DNA of 41,536 nucleotides from Candidatus Lloydbacteria bacterium RIFCSPLOWO2_02_FULL_54_12 (GCA_001819095.1 MHLS01000002.1:11517-53052), one strand, 5' to 3'. Counted from the first letter of the stretch, positions 26,036 to 32,903 are shown. A program made the numbers and translations. Notes: generated from the sequence alone by a model not told the origin.

Positions 26036-27031
26036 ATGAAACACAACAACCGTGCGACGGCTGTTTTTATTGATGGTAGTTGGCTTTATTCGACCTCGCA
26101 TCGAATCAATAAAAAGATTAATTATGTCACGTTTTTCAATACTCTTAAAAAAAACTTTGGTCCGAAAGCGGAGATCCACTTTTTTGGTGCGATTAATCCG
26201 ACTGACAAACAACAGAAGAAATTTTATCTTCTACTTGAAAAAAGTGGGTATGTAGTACATTGTGTAGGACTTGTAAAAATAAAAATGGACGGGAAAGACA
26301 CTTTTTTTTCAAAGGGGTTGGGATTGGATATTGACTTAGCGGTAAATGCAATGAAAATTTTCCCCTCAGTGGGAAAGTTTGTTCTTGTTTCGGGTGACGG
26401 CGATTTTGCACCCCTGTTGAAACAAGCAGTTAGTTATGGGATTGGTGTGTCAATAGTTTCGCTACCATTTAGCACAGGGTATCTTTTAAGAAAGGTTGTC
26501 GGTGGATCTTTTGTAAACCTCGAAACGCTGATAGAAGAACGAAAAAGTGTTAAGAAATTACCAATATTGATAAAGAGTAAAGAGAAAAAACCATTGGTTT
26601 CAGGTAGTTTATATATAGAAAAAGGGGATTACTATGGACCGTACCTCCGCATAAGAAATTTAATGATGTCTGCAAAAGGCAGCATTACTATAATTGACTG
26701 GTATATTGACGATCAGATTCTTGCAATGATTAAACTTCTAAAAACCGAAATTGAAGTCACTATTTTTACACAACAGATAGAGCCAGCAGATTTTTGTATA
26801 CAGGTTAAAAAATTACGAGAGGAGGGTCGGTCAATTACTATTCACAAAACCAAAAGGTTTCACGATCGATTTATGGGAATAGATAATGTTTGGTGGCACA
26901 GCGGACACTCGTTTAAAGATTTGGGAAGTAAAGACTCTATGTTAAATAAAATATTAGAAAAAGAATCTATAAACAAATTAGTGCATAGCGTAGAAAAAGA
27001 AAAGAAAAGTTTAGCAGAAATTTGCAAATAG
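26036..27031 (+). CDS. NYN/LabA-like (PIN-fold) RNase domain fused to a PLD-like HDR domain
   Basis: The N-terminal part has AVFIDGSWLY and FVLVSGDGDFAPLL (NYN/DUF88 motifs). The C-terminal part has RFHDRFMGIDNVWWHSGHSFKDLG, an HxK-type PLD signature with Arg for Lys. Confidence 0.7.
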   Translation: MKHNNRATAVFIDGSWLYSTSHRINKKINYVTFFNTLKKNFGPKAEIHFFGAINPTDKQQKKFYLLLEKSGYVVHCVGLVKIKMDGKDTFFSKGLGLDIDLAVNAMKIFPSVGKFVLVSGDGDFAPLLKQAVSYGIGVSIVSLPFSTGYLLRKVVGGSFVNLETLIEERKSVKKLPILIKSKEKKPLVSGSLYIEKGDYYGPYLRIRNLMMSAKGSITIIDWYIDDQILAMIKLLKTEIEVTIFTQQIEPADFCIQVKKLREEGRSITIHKTKRFHDRFMGIDNVWWHSGHSFKDLGSKDSMLNKILEKESINKLVHSVEKEKKSLAEICK

Positions 27032-27050
27032 CATATTGGAATAGGTCTGC

Positions 27051-27098
27051 GGCCTCACCCCCGAAGAAATAAACATCGTTGAGCAGGGAACAAAATAA
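27051..27098 (+). repeat. Copy 2 of the RM-tail repeat
   Basis: The sequence ggcctcacccccgaagaaataaacatcgttgagcagggaacaaaataa encodes GLTPEEINIVEQGTK* in a clean frame with no gene body upstream. Confidence 0.85.
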
Positions 27099-27191
27099 CT
27101 CCCCACTACGGATATCGCCAAAGAGTAAAACGCGGGGTTGTTAGGCCTCGCGCTTTTTAGCTAAACATATTTAGTTGTTGTTATCGGGTAT

Positions 27192-27335
27192 TTAGCGCTT
27201 TGGTGTATCGCCGTACCCCCTCTTGGGGACATGCTCAACAACATAGCGTTCCGGGTTCTCCCTTGCCTTCTCAACGGGGGCAAACCTGCCATTTCCCGCA
27301 TTCCGGCCGAGTTTGAACGATTTTGATTCGCTCAT
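27192..27335 (-). CDS. Possible 47-aa small protein (MSESKSFKLGRNAGNGRFAPVEKARENPERYVVEHVPKRGYGDTPKR)
   Basis: This ATG-to-TAA ORF is below the ORF-track length cutoff. The GRF..(K/E)..A..NP....V.E pattern resembles a widespread short basic protein I recall from other bacteria. No RBS is visible. Confidence 0.3.
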   Translation of the reverse strand: MSESKSFKLGRNAGNGRFAPVEKARENPERYVVEHVPKRGYGDTPKR

Positions 27336-27553
27336 TGTGGTTTTGTTTTAGGTCACTCTTTTGTAATGTTATTTTGTACACAGCGGTGATTTCTGCGTGG
27401 CAACCCTTTTCTCGTCGAATCTCATCGATCAAAGGCAGGTGAATCCCTCGGTGGAATTTTGTTGGCCCAAGGTCGGCTTGACCAAAAAAACCAGTAAAAT
27501 GAACACCTCAAGGCGATTGTATCATAGTATGTAAAGATTATCAACACTACATG

Positions 27554-27581
27554 TTGACATTTCATACACCTTGTGTATGCT
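27554..27581 (+). promoter_or_regulatory. Putative promoter with an embedded palindromic operator for the XRE-Panacea gene
   Basis: TTGACA (27554-27559), 16-nt spacer, TATGCT (27576-27581). The inverted repeat catacac-ctt-gtgtatg (27563-27579) lies between and over the boxes. Confidence 0.45.
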
Positions 27582-27624
27582 GGATGTATATCAATAACTA
27601 TTCACTAGTTAATTCCAGTAACGC

Positions 27625-28299
27625 ATGAGGACTAAATATGCATCGTTCATAAAAACCCTCCGGACAAAGAGGGGTGTTTCGCAATCCGAAGTAGCTAAGA
27701 AATTAGATATCTCACGTTCGTCGTACATCGCCGTTGAGCAAGGCATACGCGAACTTACTCTCGGAGAATTTGAAAAGCTTTCGGAAATTTTGGGCACATC
27801 CCTCGAAGATTTGGAGCGTGGGGAATTCCCTAATTACGAAAAATACAAGCAGATGATCCTTGCCTTTTTGCGTTTGAATAAAGATCTTACAAAGACAAAA
27901 CTCGCAAAACTTTTGTACCTGTCAGATTTCGGTTGGTACTACTCACATCTCGAGAGCATGAGCGGGATGCAATATCGGAAGATCCAATATGGTCCTGTTG
28001 CCGATACGTATTTTCGCCTCATTGATGAGATGACAACGAACGGTGAAATAACAATTGAGCAGACGGAGGGTGGGGCAATGCGCATCACCGAGACTCGCGG
28101 TGGAGCGAAAATCCCGCTCTCCGAGATCAGTGCGGACGAAATGCGGTTGATACAAAAAATCGACAAGAAATGGAAAGGGAAAAAAACCGCCGAAATTGTG
28201 AAGTTTTCGCATCAACAGATGCCCTTCATGTTTGCGGAACCAAACGACATTGTCTCTTACGACGTTTTCACTCAAGAAAATCCCGACGAAATTTATTAG
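27625..28299 (+). CDS. XRE-family HTH fused to a Panacea (DUF4065/SocA-like) antitoxin domain
   Basis: The N-terminal part has RTKRGVSQSEVAKKLDISRSSYIAVEQG (Cro/C1 HTH). The C-terminal part has KTKLAKLLYLSDFGWYYSHLESMSGMQYRKIQYGPV, matching the DUF4065 pattern. Confidence 0.8.
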   Translation: MRTKYASFIKTLRTKRGVSQSEVAKKLDISRSSYIAVEQGIRELTLGEFEKLSEILGTSLEDLERGEFPNYEKYKQMILAFLRLNKDLTKTKLAKLLYLSDFGWYYSHLESMSGMQYRKIQYGPVADTYFRLIDEMTTNGEITIEQTEGGAMRITETRGGAKIPLSEISADEMRLIQKIDKKWKGKKTAEIVKFSHQQMPFMFAEPNDIVSYDVFTQENPDEIY

Positions 28300-28301
28300 C
28301 C

Positions 28302-28694
28302 ATGAAGTACGAGGTCACCTTCAGGCCTTTTACCGAAAGGCATTTCATAAAGACATTTGCCAAGAAATACCGAGGTGCTTGGGACCGCACACTGAAAGGT
28401 CTGGAGGTGGAGTTCGCTTTCGTCGAGTTGCTTTTTGGAAAGCAGATTGCCGAAACGATAAGTACTTCTGGCGATAATGATATAAGAATTTGTAAAACCG
28501 AGTTTAAAATTGCGGGCACTGAAATGTCCCGCCACGCTTCGGGGAATAGGTGCATTATCGCAATACAAAAAAGCGCCATGACTGTGCACGTGCTCTTGGT
28601 GTACCACAAAGGGGACATTGACGGACCCAGTGAAACGGCCGCATGGCAGTCTGTCATTAGGGACAATTATCCCGAGTATGCGAAGTTTCTATGA
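28302..28694 (+). CDS. Putative toxin partner of the Panacea antitoxin (family not recognised; possibly RelE-fold)
   Basis: 130-aa ORF starting 2 nt after the antitoxin stop. The assignment rests on small size and position. GNRCIIAIQKSAMTVHVLLVYHKGD loosely resembles the C-terminal strand pattern of RelE/ParE-type toxins. Confidence 0.45.
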   Translation: MKYEVTFRPFTERHFIKTFAKKYRGAWDRTLKGLEVEFAFVELLFGKQIAETISTSGDNDIRICKTEFKIAGTEMSRHASGNRCIIAIQKSAMTVHVLLVYHKGDIDGPSETAAWQSVIRDNYPEYAKFL

Positions 28695-28726
28695 TTTTTC
28701 TGCATCCCCGTGGCAAAGCCACTGGG

Positions 28727-28768
28727 TATTACACACCAATAAAAATCGTTGAGCAAAGAACAAAGTAA
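28727..28768 (+). repeat. Copy 3 (degenerate) of the RM-tail repeat
   Basis: The sequence tat tac aca cca ata aaa atc gtt gag caa aga aca aag taa reads YYTPIKIVEQRTK*, the same tail with the EE codons deleted. Confidence 0.6.
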
Positions 28769-28789
28769 CCATCCATCGAGGATGGTTAC
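28765..28789. terminator. Perfect 10-bp hairpin at the right edge of the island (weak terminator candidate)
   Basis: Stem gtaaccatcc / ggatggttac with loop atcga, followed only by TTT. Confidence 0.4.
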
Positions 28790-28838
28790 TTTGCGGGGAG
28801 GCGCATCTTTCTGGCGCCACCGTGTTTCGGGGTCTCGC

Positions 28839-29096
28839 TCACTCGTCAAGTATCTCAAGCGTGGCGATAACAGACGGGTTTTCGCTCGGAAGGTAGTGTA
28901 GGCGATCTCCGTACATCGTCTTCATTGCGCCAAAAAACTCGTCCGCCCAAGAGGGTGAAAGAGAGATGACACCGGAAAAGTCGATCTCGACATTCTCGGC
29001 GGCGGGGTCAATCGTCGGGCGGATGGCCGCAAACGCCTCCTTCCCTAGGGGGCGCGAGGTGAGCACCTGACCGAATTTTTTGAGTTCGATACGCAT
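28839..29096 (-). CDS. STAS-like DUF4325 domain protein
   Basis: MRIELKKFGQVLTSRPLGKEAF...VEIDFSGVISLSPSWADEFFG fits the DUF4325 pattern (..sR..G......v.ldF.gV..is.sfadEf.g). The ATG at 29096 lies 4 nt after the upstream gene. Confidence 0.65.
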   Translation of the reverse strand: MRIELKKFGQVLTSRPLGKEAFAAIRPTIDPAAENVEIDFSGVISLSPSWADEFFGAMKTMYGDRLHYLPSENPSVIATLEILDE

Positions 29097-29100
29097 GATG

Positions 29101-29826
29101 TTAATAGGTGATCTTGGCGATGGTTCCGCGGATGTTCCGATCTGCCAAGCGTATGGATAATTTTTTCGTCCCCTTCTTGATCTCTGCGACGGCAATTCCG
29201 GATTGTAGCGTCACACCGACACCGTATTTTTCAGCAACCTTTCGAACGAACTTCAGGCCGTTCCCTCTTTGTTCCGGTGCACGCCCCGATATACGCTCGT
29301 AGATCGCGATGGTGAGCGCCTCAATGTCGTCCTTGATGTCCGGTCGAACACGCAGAAGCGTCGCACGAATACCCACACCACGATCCGCGAGTACAACGAT
29401 GCGTTTCGGGAGATCGTACGCGAAGAAAATGCCGGTGACGTCGGGCCAATTCCCGATATTGTGATCGAAAGAGTTGTTGCCGATCTCTCCGGTCATGGAT
29501 GCGACGATTGGGGCGATTGCGCGAGTTTCCTCCTGTCGGTCAAGAAGGATCGCAAGAGTGTTCTGGCGCGCACGAAAGCGATCCGGCGTATCACAGTACA
29601 CCTCGGAAGGAAGTTCCGGAGGGGTGACACTTTCGGCCCATACGCGTGCGAGCGCGAAGAAGTCCTTGCTGAATCGCTCTATCGTATCGCGGTCGTAGTG
29701 CCGATGCCCGCCGGGGCTCCTTTCGGCCCGCAGTTTCCCGGACGCATCCCAGCGTCGAAGCGTATCGATCGAAACTCCAAGCAACTTGGCTACTTCGTTT
29801 ATGCTCATCATCCCATGTTTAGTCAT
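29101..29826 (-). CDS. MerR-type HTH fused to a GHKL (histidine-kinase-like/RsbW-like) ATPase domain
   Basis: MSINEVAKLLGVSIDTLRRWDASGKL (MerR HTH), N-box EIGNNSFDHN, G1 ADRGVGI and G2 QRGNGLKF. The start is set at the ATG at 29826 because the longer ORF (to 29877) would run through three direct repeats that look regulatory. Confidence 0.7.
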   Translation of the reverse strand: MTKHGMMSINEVAKLLGVSIDTLRRWDASGKLRAERSPGGHRHYDRDTIERFSKDFFALARVWAESVTPPELPSEVYCDTPDRFRARQNTLAILLDRQEETRAIAPIVASMTGEIGNNSFDHNIGNWPDVTGIFFAYDLPKRIVVLADRGVGIRATLLRVRPDIKDDIEALTIAIYERISGRAPEQRGNGLKFVRKVAEKYGVGVTLQSGIAVAEIKKGTKKLSIRLADRNIRGTIAKITY

Positions 29827-29846
29827 TGCACAGGTTACTATACCAA

Positions 29847-29896
29847 ATCTATGCAAATAGAGCAAATATCTATGCAATATTTACAGAATCTATGCG
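29847..29896 (-). promoter_or_regulatory. Three phased direct repeats ATCTATGC upstream of the MerR-GHKL gene
   Basis: The plus-strand sequence atctatgc occurs at 29847, 29868 and 29888 (spacings 21 and 20 nt). Confidence 0.5.
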
Positions 29897-30029
29897 TTTT
29901 GTGTCAAACGGACCAAGACCCCCACCACCAAGCCACTTTCGGGTGCTTGGTAGGGGGGGCATGTCCAAGGGGAGTACCCCCGAGTCGCCTATTTAGTGTA
30001 CTATCCACACTTTATCCACAGGCGGGGAC

Positions 30030-30066
30030 TTGCAGGTATTATATATAGTGTATATAATACACTAAG
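30030..30066 (+). promoter_or_regulatory. Promoter with palindromic operator (copy A) upstream of the nicotinamidase-like gene
   Basis: TTGCAG (30030-30035), 17-nt spacer, TATAAT (30053-30058). The palindrome TAGTGTAT-ata-ATACACTA (30046-30064) is centred on the -10 box. Confidence 0.55.
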
Positions 30067-30212
30067 TAAGAACGTTGACGCGCCTCGGGAAACGCAATCT
30101 CCCCATCGGTATAGGCGCCGTTTTGTTCTCTTCTCCGAACGGTCCAAAAACCGCTCGCGGGAGGCAACGTTCTTCCGTTCGTTGACAACCCAAACAGAGA
30201 AAGGTAAAGACA

Positions 30213-31040
30213 ATGGCCAAAGCACTGAAGGTGCACCTCCTCGTCATCGACCCGCAAGTGGACTTCATGGACGCTTCGGGATCGAGCTTGCCGGTTGCAG
30301 GCGCAACCCAAGACATGAAACGCCTTTCGGCCCTGATCGGCCGCGTCGGGCACAAGTTCGAGGACATCCACGTGACGCTCGATTCGCATCACACGATCGA
30401 CGTCGGACATCCGGGCATGTGGCGCGACCGAGACGGGCAAATGCCCAACCCGTTCACGCTCATCTTCGGGAAGGATATCGAGAACGGCATCTGGACGCCG
30501 CGCGATCCGTCGCTCCGCGCCCGCATGCTCACGTATGCGAACACGCTCGAAAAGAACGGGAATTACAACCTGATGGTCTGGCCCGAGCACTGCAAGATCG
30601 GCTCGCCGGGGCACAATGTGGAAGCGAACTTACTTGCGTCGCTCGAAGCATGGGAGCGCAAGGAATTCGCGACGGTGAATTACGTCACCAAGGGCACGAA
30701 TCCGTTCACCGAGCACTACGGCGCACTCATGGCCGAAGTGCCGGACCCGAACGATCCGTCGACCATGTTGAACGGTGACTTTCTTGCAATGCTTCAGGAT
30801 GCGGATATCGTCGGCGTGGCCGGCGAAGCGCTTTCGCATTGCGTGAAGTCGACCGTCGACCAGATCGCGCGGAATATCGGCGACGAGCACATCAAGAAGT
30901 TCCATATCCTGACCGACTGCTCGAATCCGGTCCCGCAAGTGGGCGGGGGCCCCGATTTCCCTGCGATCGCCAAGAAATGGCTCGGGGAGATGCAGTCCCA
31001 AGGGATGACGCTGGTGTCCTCGGCGGATTTTCTCAAGTAA
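30213..31040 (+). CDS. Divergent isochorismatase-family hydrolase, nicotinamidase (PncA)-like paralog
   Basis: LLVIDPQVDF (catalytic Asp region), LDSHHTIDVGHP (compare DWHPAGHLSF in pncA), WPEHCKIGSPGH (compare WPDHCIQDSKGA) and GEALSHCVKST (catalytic Cys region). It is 275 aa versus 215 aa for the canonical pncA at 34841. Confidence 0.7.
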   Translation: MAKALKVHLLVIDPQVDFMDASGSSLPVAGATQDMKRLSALIGRVGHKFEDIHVTLDSHHTIDVGHPGMWRDRDGQMPNPFTLIFGKDIENGIWTPRDPSLRARMLTYANTLEKNGNYNLMVWPEHCKIGSPGHNVEANLLASLEAWERKEFATVNYVTKGTNPFTEHYGALMAEVPDPNDPSTMLNGDFLAMLQDADIVGVAGEALSHCVKSTVDQIARNIGDEHIKKFHILTDCSNPVPQVGGGPDFPAIAKKWLGEMQSQGMTLVSSADFLK

Positions 31041-31067
31041 CGATCAAGACGAAAAAAGGAGAACATC

Positions 31068-31820
31068 ATGCCGCGTATCACCACTCCCGACGGGATGAAG
31101 GACCACAAGCTGGGCGGAAACTTTACATTCACCGCGAAGCGCATCGAGCACTTGGGTGCGACGGAGTACACGCTCGTCACCGTTGCGGTCGACGAATCCG
31201 GCTCGGTGTCCGGGTTCATGGACCAGCTCTTGGCGATGCTCAAGGAGGCGGTCGGCTCGTGCAAAGCGTCGCCGCGTTCGGACAATCTCCTCGTTCGCGT
31301 GCTCTACTTTTCGGACCGGTACCGCGGGGGCGTGACGGAGATCCACGGCTTCAAGCCGCTCGCCGAAATCGACCCCGCGCAATACCCGATGCCGAATCCG
31401 GGCGGATGGACGCCCCTTTGCGATGCGGTCTATTCCGCGGTCGGCGCAATGAACAAGTACGGCAAGGAGCTGTACGACCGCGATTACCTCGCGAACGGCA
31501 TCGCCTTCGTCATTACCGACGGCGGCGAGAATGCGTCGGTCGCGACGATGCCGATGGTGAAGGCGGAGCTGGCGAAGTCGGTGACTGGAGAGATTCTTGA
31601 GTCGATGGTCTCGATTCTGATCGGCGTTAATACCGCTTCCTGCAAGGATCATCTCGACCGTTTCAGCAAAGAGGCCGGTATGACGCAGTTCATCGATGCG
31701 GGCGACGCAAGCGCGAAAACGCTGGCGAAGATCGCGAAGTTCGTTTCGCGTTCCGTGTCGAGCCAGTCGCAGTCACTGGGAACAGGCGGGCCGAGCAAGC
31801 AAATCGCCGCCACGATCTAA
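31068..31820 (+). CDS. TerY-like vWA domain protein (TerY-P triad component)
   Basis: Strong AAGGAGA RBS. MIDAS VAVDESGSV plus FVITDGGEN. It is followed by PP2C and kinase genes. Confidence 0.8.
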   Translation: MPRITTPDGMKDHKLGGNFTFTAKRIEHLGATEYTLVTVAVDESGSVSGFMDQLLAMLKEAVGSCKASPRSDNLLVRVLYFSDRYRGGVTEIHGFKPLAEIDPAQYPMPNPGGWTPLCDAVYSAVGAMNKYGKELYDRDYLANGIAFVITDGGENASVATMPMVKAELAKSVTGEILESMVSILIGVNTASCKDHLDRFSKEAGMTQFIDAGDASAKTLAKIAKFVSRSVSSQSQSLGTGGPSKQIAATI

Positions 31821-31958
31821 AAGCCGTACCCCGTTAATTCATTCTTCTTTTTGCCGCATTTCCGAGGACTCACCTTGGCGTAAAGCCCCAAGGAGAGACC
31901 TCGGAGCATGGGGCGGTATGGAAATTGTTTATCGGGAATGGTAAGTCTATCAACAGCG

Positions 31959-31985
31959 GGGGCGGCCATGTGCCGCCCCTTTTTT
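31959..31985 (+). terminator. Strong intrinsic terminator between the vWA and PP2C genes
   Basis: Stem ggggcggc (31959-31966) / gccgcccc (31972-31979) followed by T6. The PP2C RBS (AAGGAGAG) starts immediately after the T-run. Confidence 0.75.
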
Positions 31986-32000
31986 CTCAAGGAGAGCACA

Positions 32001-32903
32001 ATGAAGTTTCGCGCAGACCACCACTTCGTGATCGGAGGCGACCACGTGACGTACGGGAAGCCGTGTCAGGACCACGCACTGTCGCAGGCGGACGACGGCA
32101 TGGCCGCTGTCGTCGTCTCCGACGGATGTTCGTCCGGCGGGGAGACCGACATGGGTGCACGTCTCACCACGTTCCTCCTCATGCAGACGATACGAGAGCT
32201 CGACAAAGGAAATCTGGGCCAAGAAAGTATTTTCGCCTCAAGGCACGCGGCGTTTTCCGCGGCGGCGACACTTCTCGGACTTCGGGAGACGGATACACTC
32301 GCCACGCTCCTCTATGCATATCTTGCACCGTCGGGCGGACACGTATATTTACAGGGCGACGGTGTCGTCGCACGAGAGCTCCGTGACGGCACGGTCATGC
32401 TTTCGCGCTTCGATTGGGCGAACAACATGCCGTTCTATCCGGCGTATGCGGATAGTGTGAACGGAAATTCCGAGCGTTTTGTCTTGGCCCACGGCGGAGA
32501 TCCTTCGGCGCGTCTCTTTACGGCGGAACACTGGGTGCGCTCTCCCGGTTCTTTGTGGACGAAAGCGTCCGAAGAAGCATCTTCGCTTCAGGACGGAATG
32601 AAGGGTGTCTCCATCGCCTTTGACGCCGCGGCAATGGAAGAAACATCGGCGGTCGCCGTCTTCACGGACGGTGTGACCTCGGTCTCTGGGGTTGACTGGA
32701 AAGATGCCGTGCTCCGGCTCCTTGATTTCAAGACGACGGAAGGAGCATTCATGAAACGCAGACTAAGCCGTGCGCTCAAGGAATTCGGCAAAGACGGCAA
32801 CGGACCGCGTGACGACCTCGCCTGCGCGGTCGTCCTTATCGCACATGACAAGAAAGGAGGGACCGATGAGTGCATTGAAACAACCGCGGAAACTCTCGCT
32901 TGA
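32001..32903 (+). CDS. PP2C-family protein phosphatase (TerY-P triad component)
   Basis: The ATG at 32001 follows AAGGAGAG. GKPCQDHAL...AAVVVSDGCSSGGETDMGAR matches the PP2C_2 pattern (QD ... vaDG.g). Confidence 0.75.
   Translation: MKFRADHHFVIGGDHVTYGKPCQDHALSQADDGMAAVVVSDGCSSGGETDMGARLTTFLLMQTIRELDKGNLGQESIFASRHAAFSAAATLLGLRETDTLATLLYAYLAPSGGHVYLQGDGVVARELRDGTVMLSRFDWANNMPFYPAYADSVNGNSERFVLAHGGDPSARLFTAEHWVRSPGSLWTKASEEASSLQDGMKGVSIAFDAAAMEETSAVAVFTDGVTSVSGVDWKDAVLRLLDFKTTEGAFMKRRLSRALKEFGKDGNGPRDDLACAVVLIAHDKKGGTDECIETTAETLA

Larger units (their letters stand above)
20560..28800. other. Mosaic, mostly AT-rich defence-type genomic island without recognisable mobility genes
   Basis: Hand counts of G+C on single 60-nt lines are given below.
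- Island lines: 18/60 at 20881, 16/60 at 23461, 16/60 at 24901 and 27/60 at 27901.
- Core line: 41/60 at 13561.
Island genes lack GGAGG-type RBS. The content is RM, nuclease, TA and similar genes. Confidence 0.7.

Noticed and set aside
24643-28768. Four ~48-nt direct repeats, considered as a CRISPR array
   Set aside because: The spacings are 1.1-1.7 kb and contain whole genes. The repeats are the coding tails of RM genes, and no cas genes are present.
29921-29965. Imperfect C-rich/G-rich hairpin (cccccaccaccaagc ... gcttggtaggggggg) in the divergent spacer
   Set aside because: Only the central 7 bp pair cleanly, there is no U-run, and no second copy was seen. There is too little support to call a feature.
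29269-30048. 259-aa plus-strand ORF
   Set aside because: It is antisense to the MerR-GHKL gene and runs through the operator and promoter region. No motifs; a shadow ORF.
30062-30212. NAD-I or NAD-II (nadA or pnuC motif) riboswitch in the leader of the nicotinamidase-like gene, and upstream of pnuC
   Set aside because: I could not find the conserved ACANCCCC-type elements in the right arrangement from memory. Only a generic structured leader is reported, at low interest.
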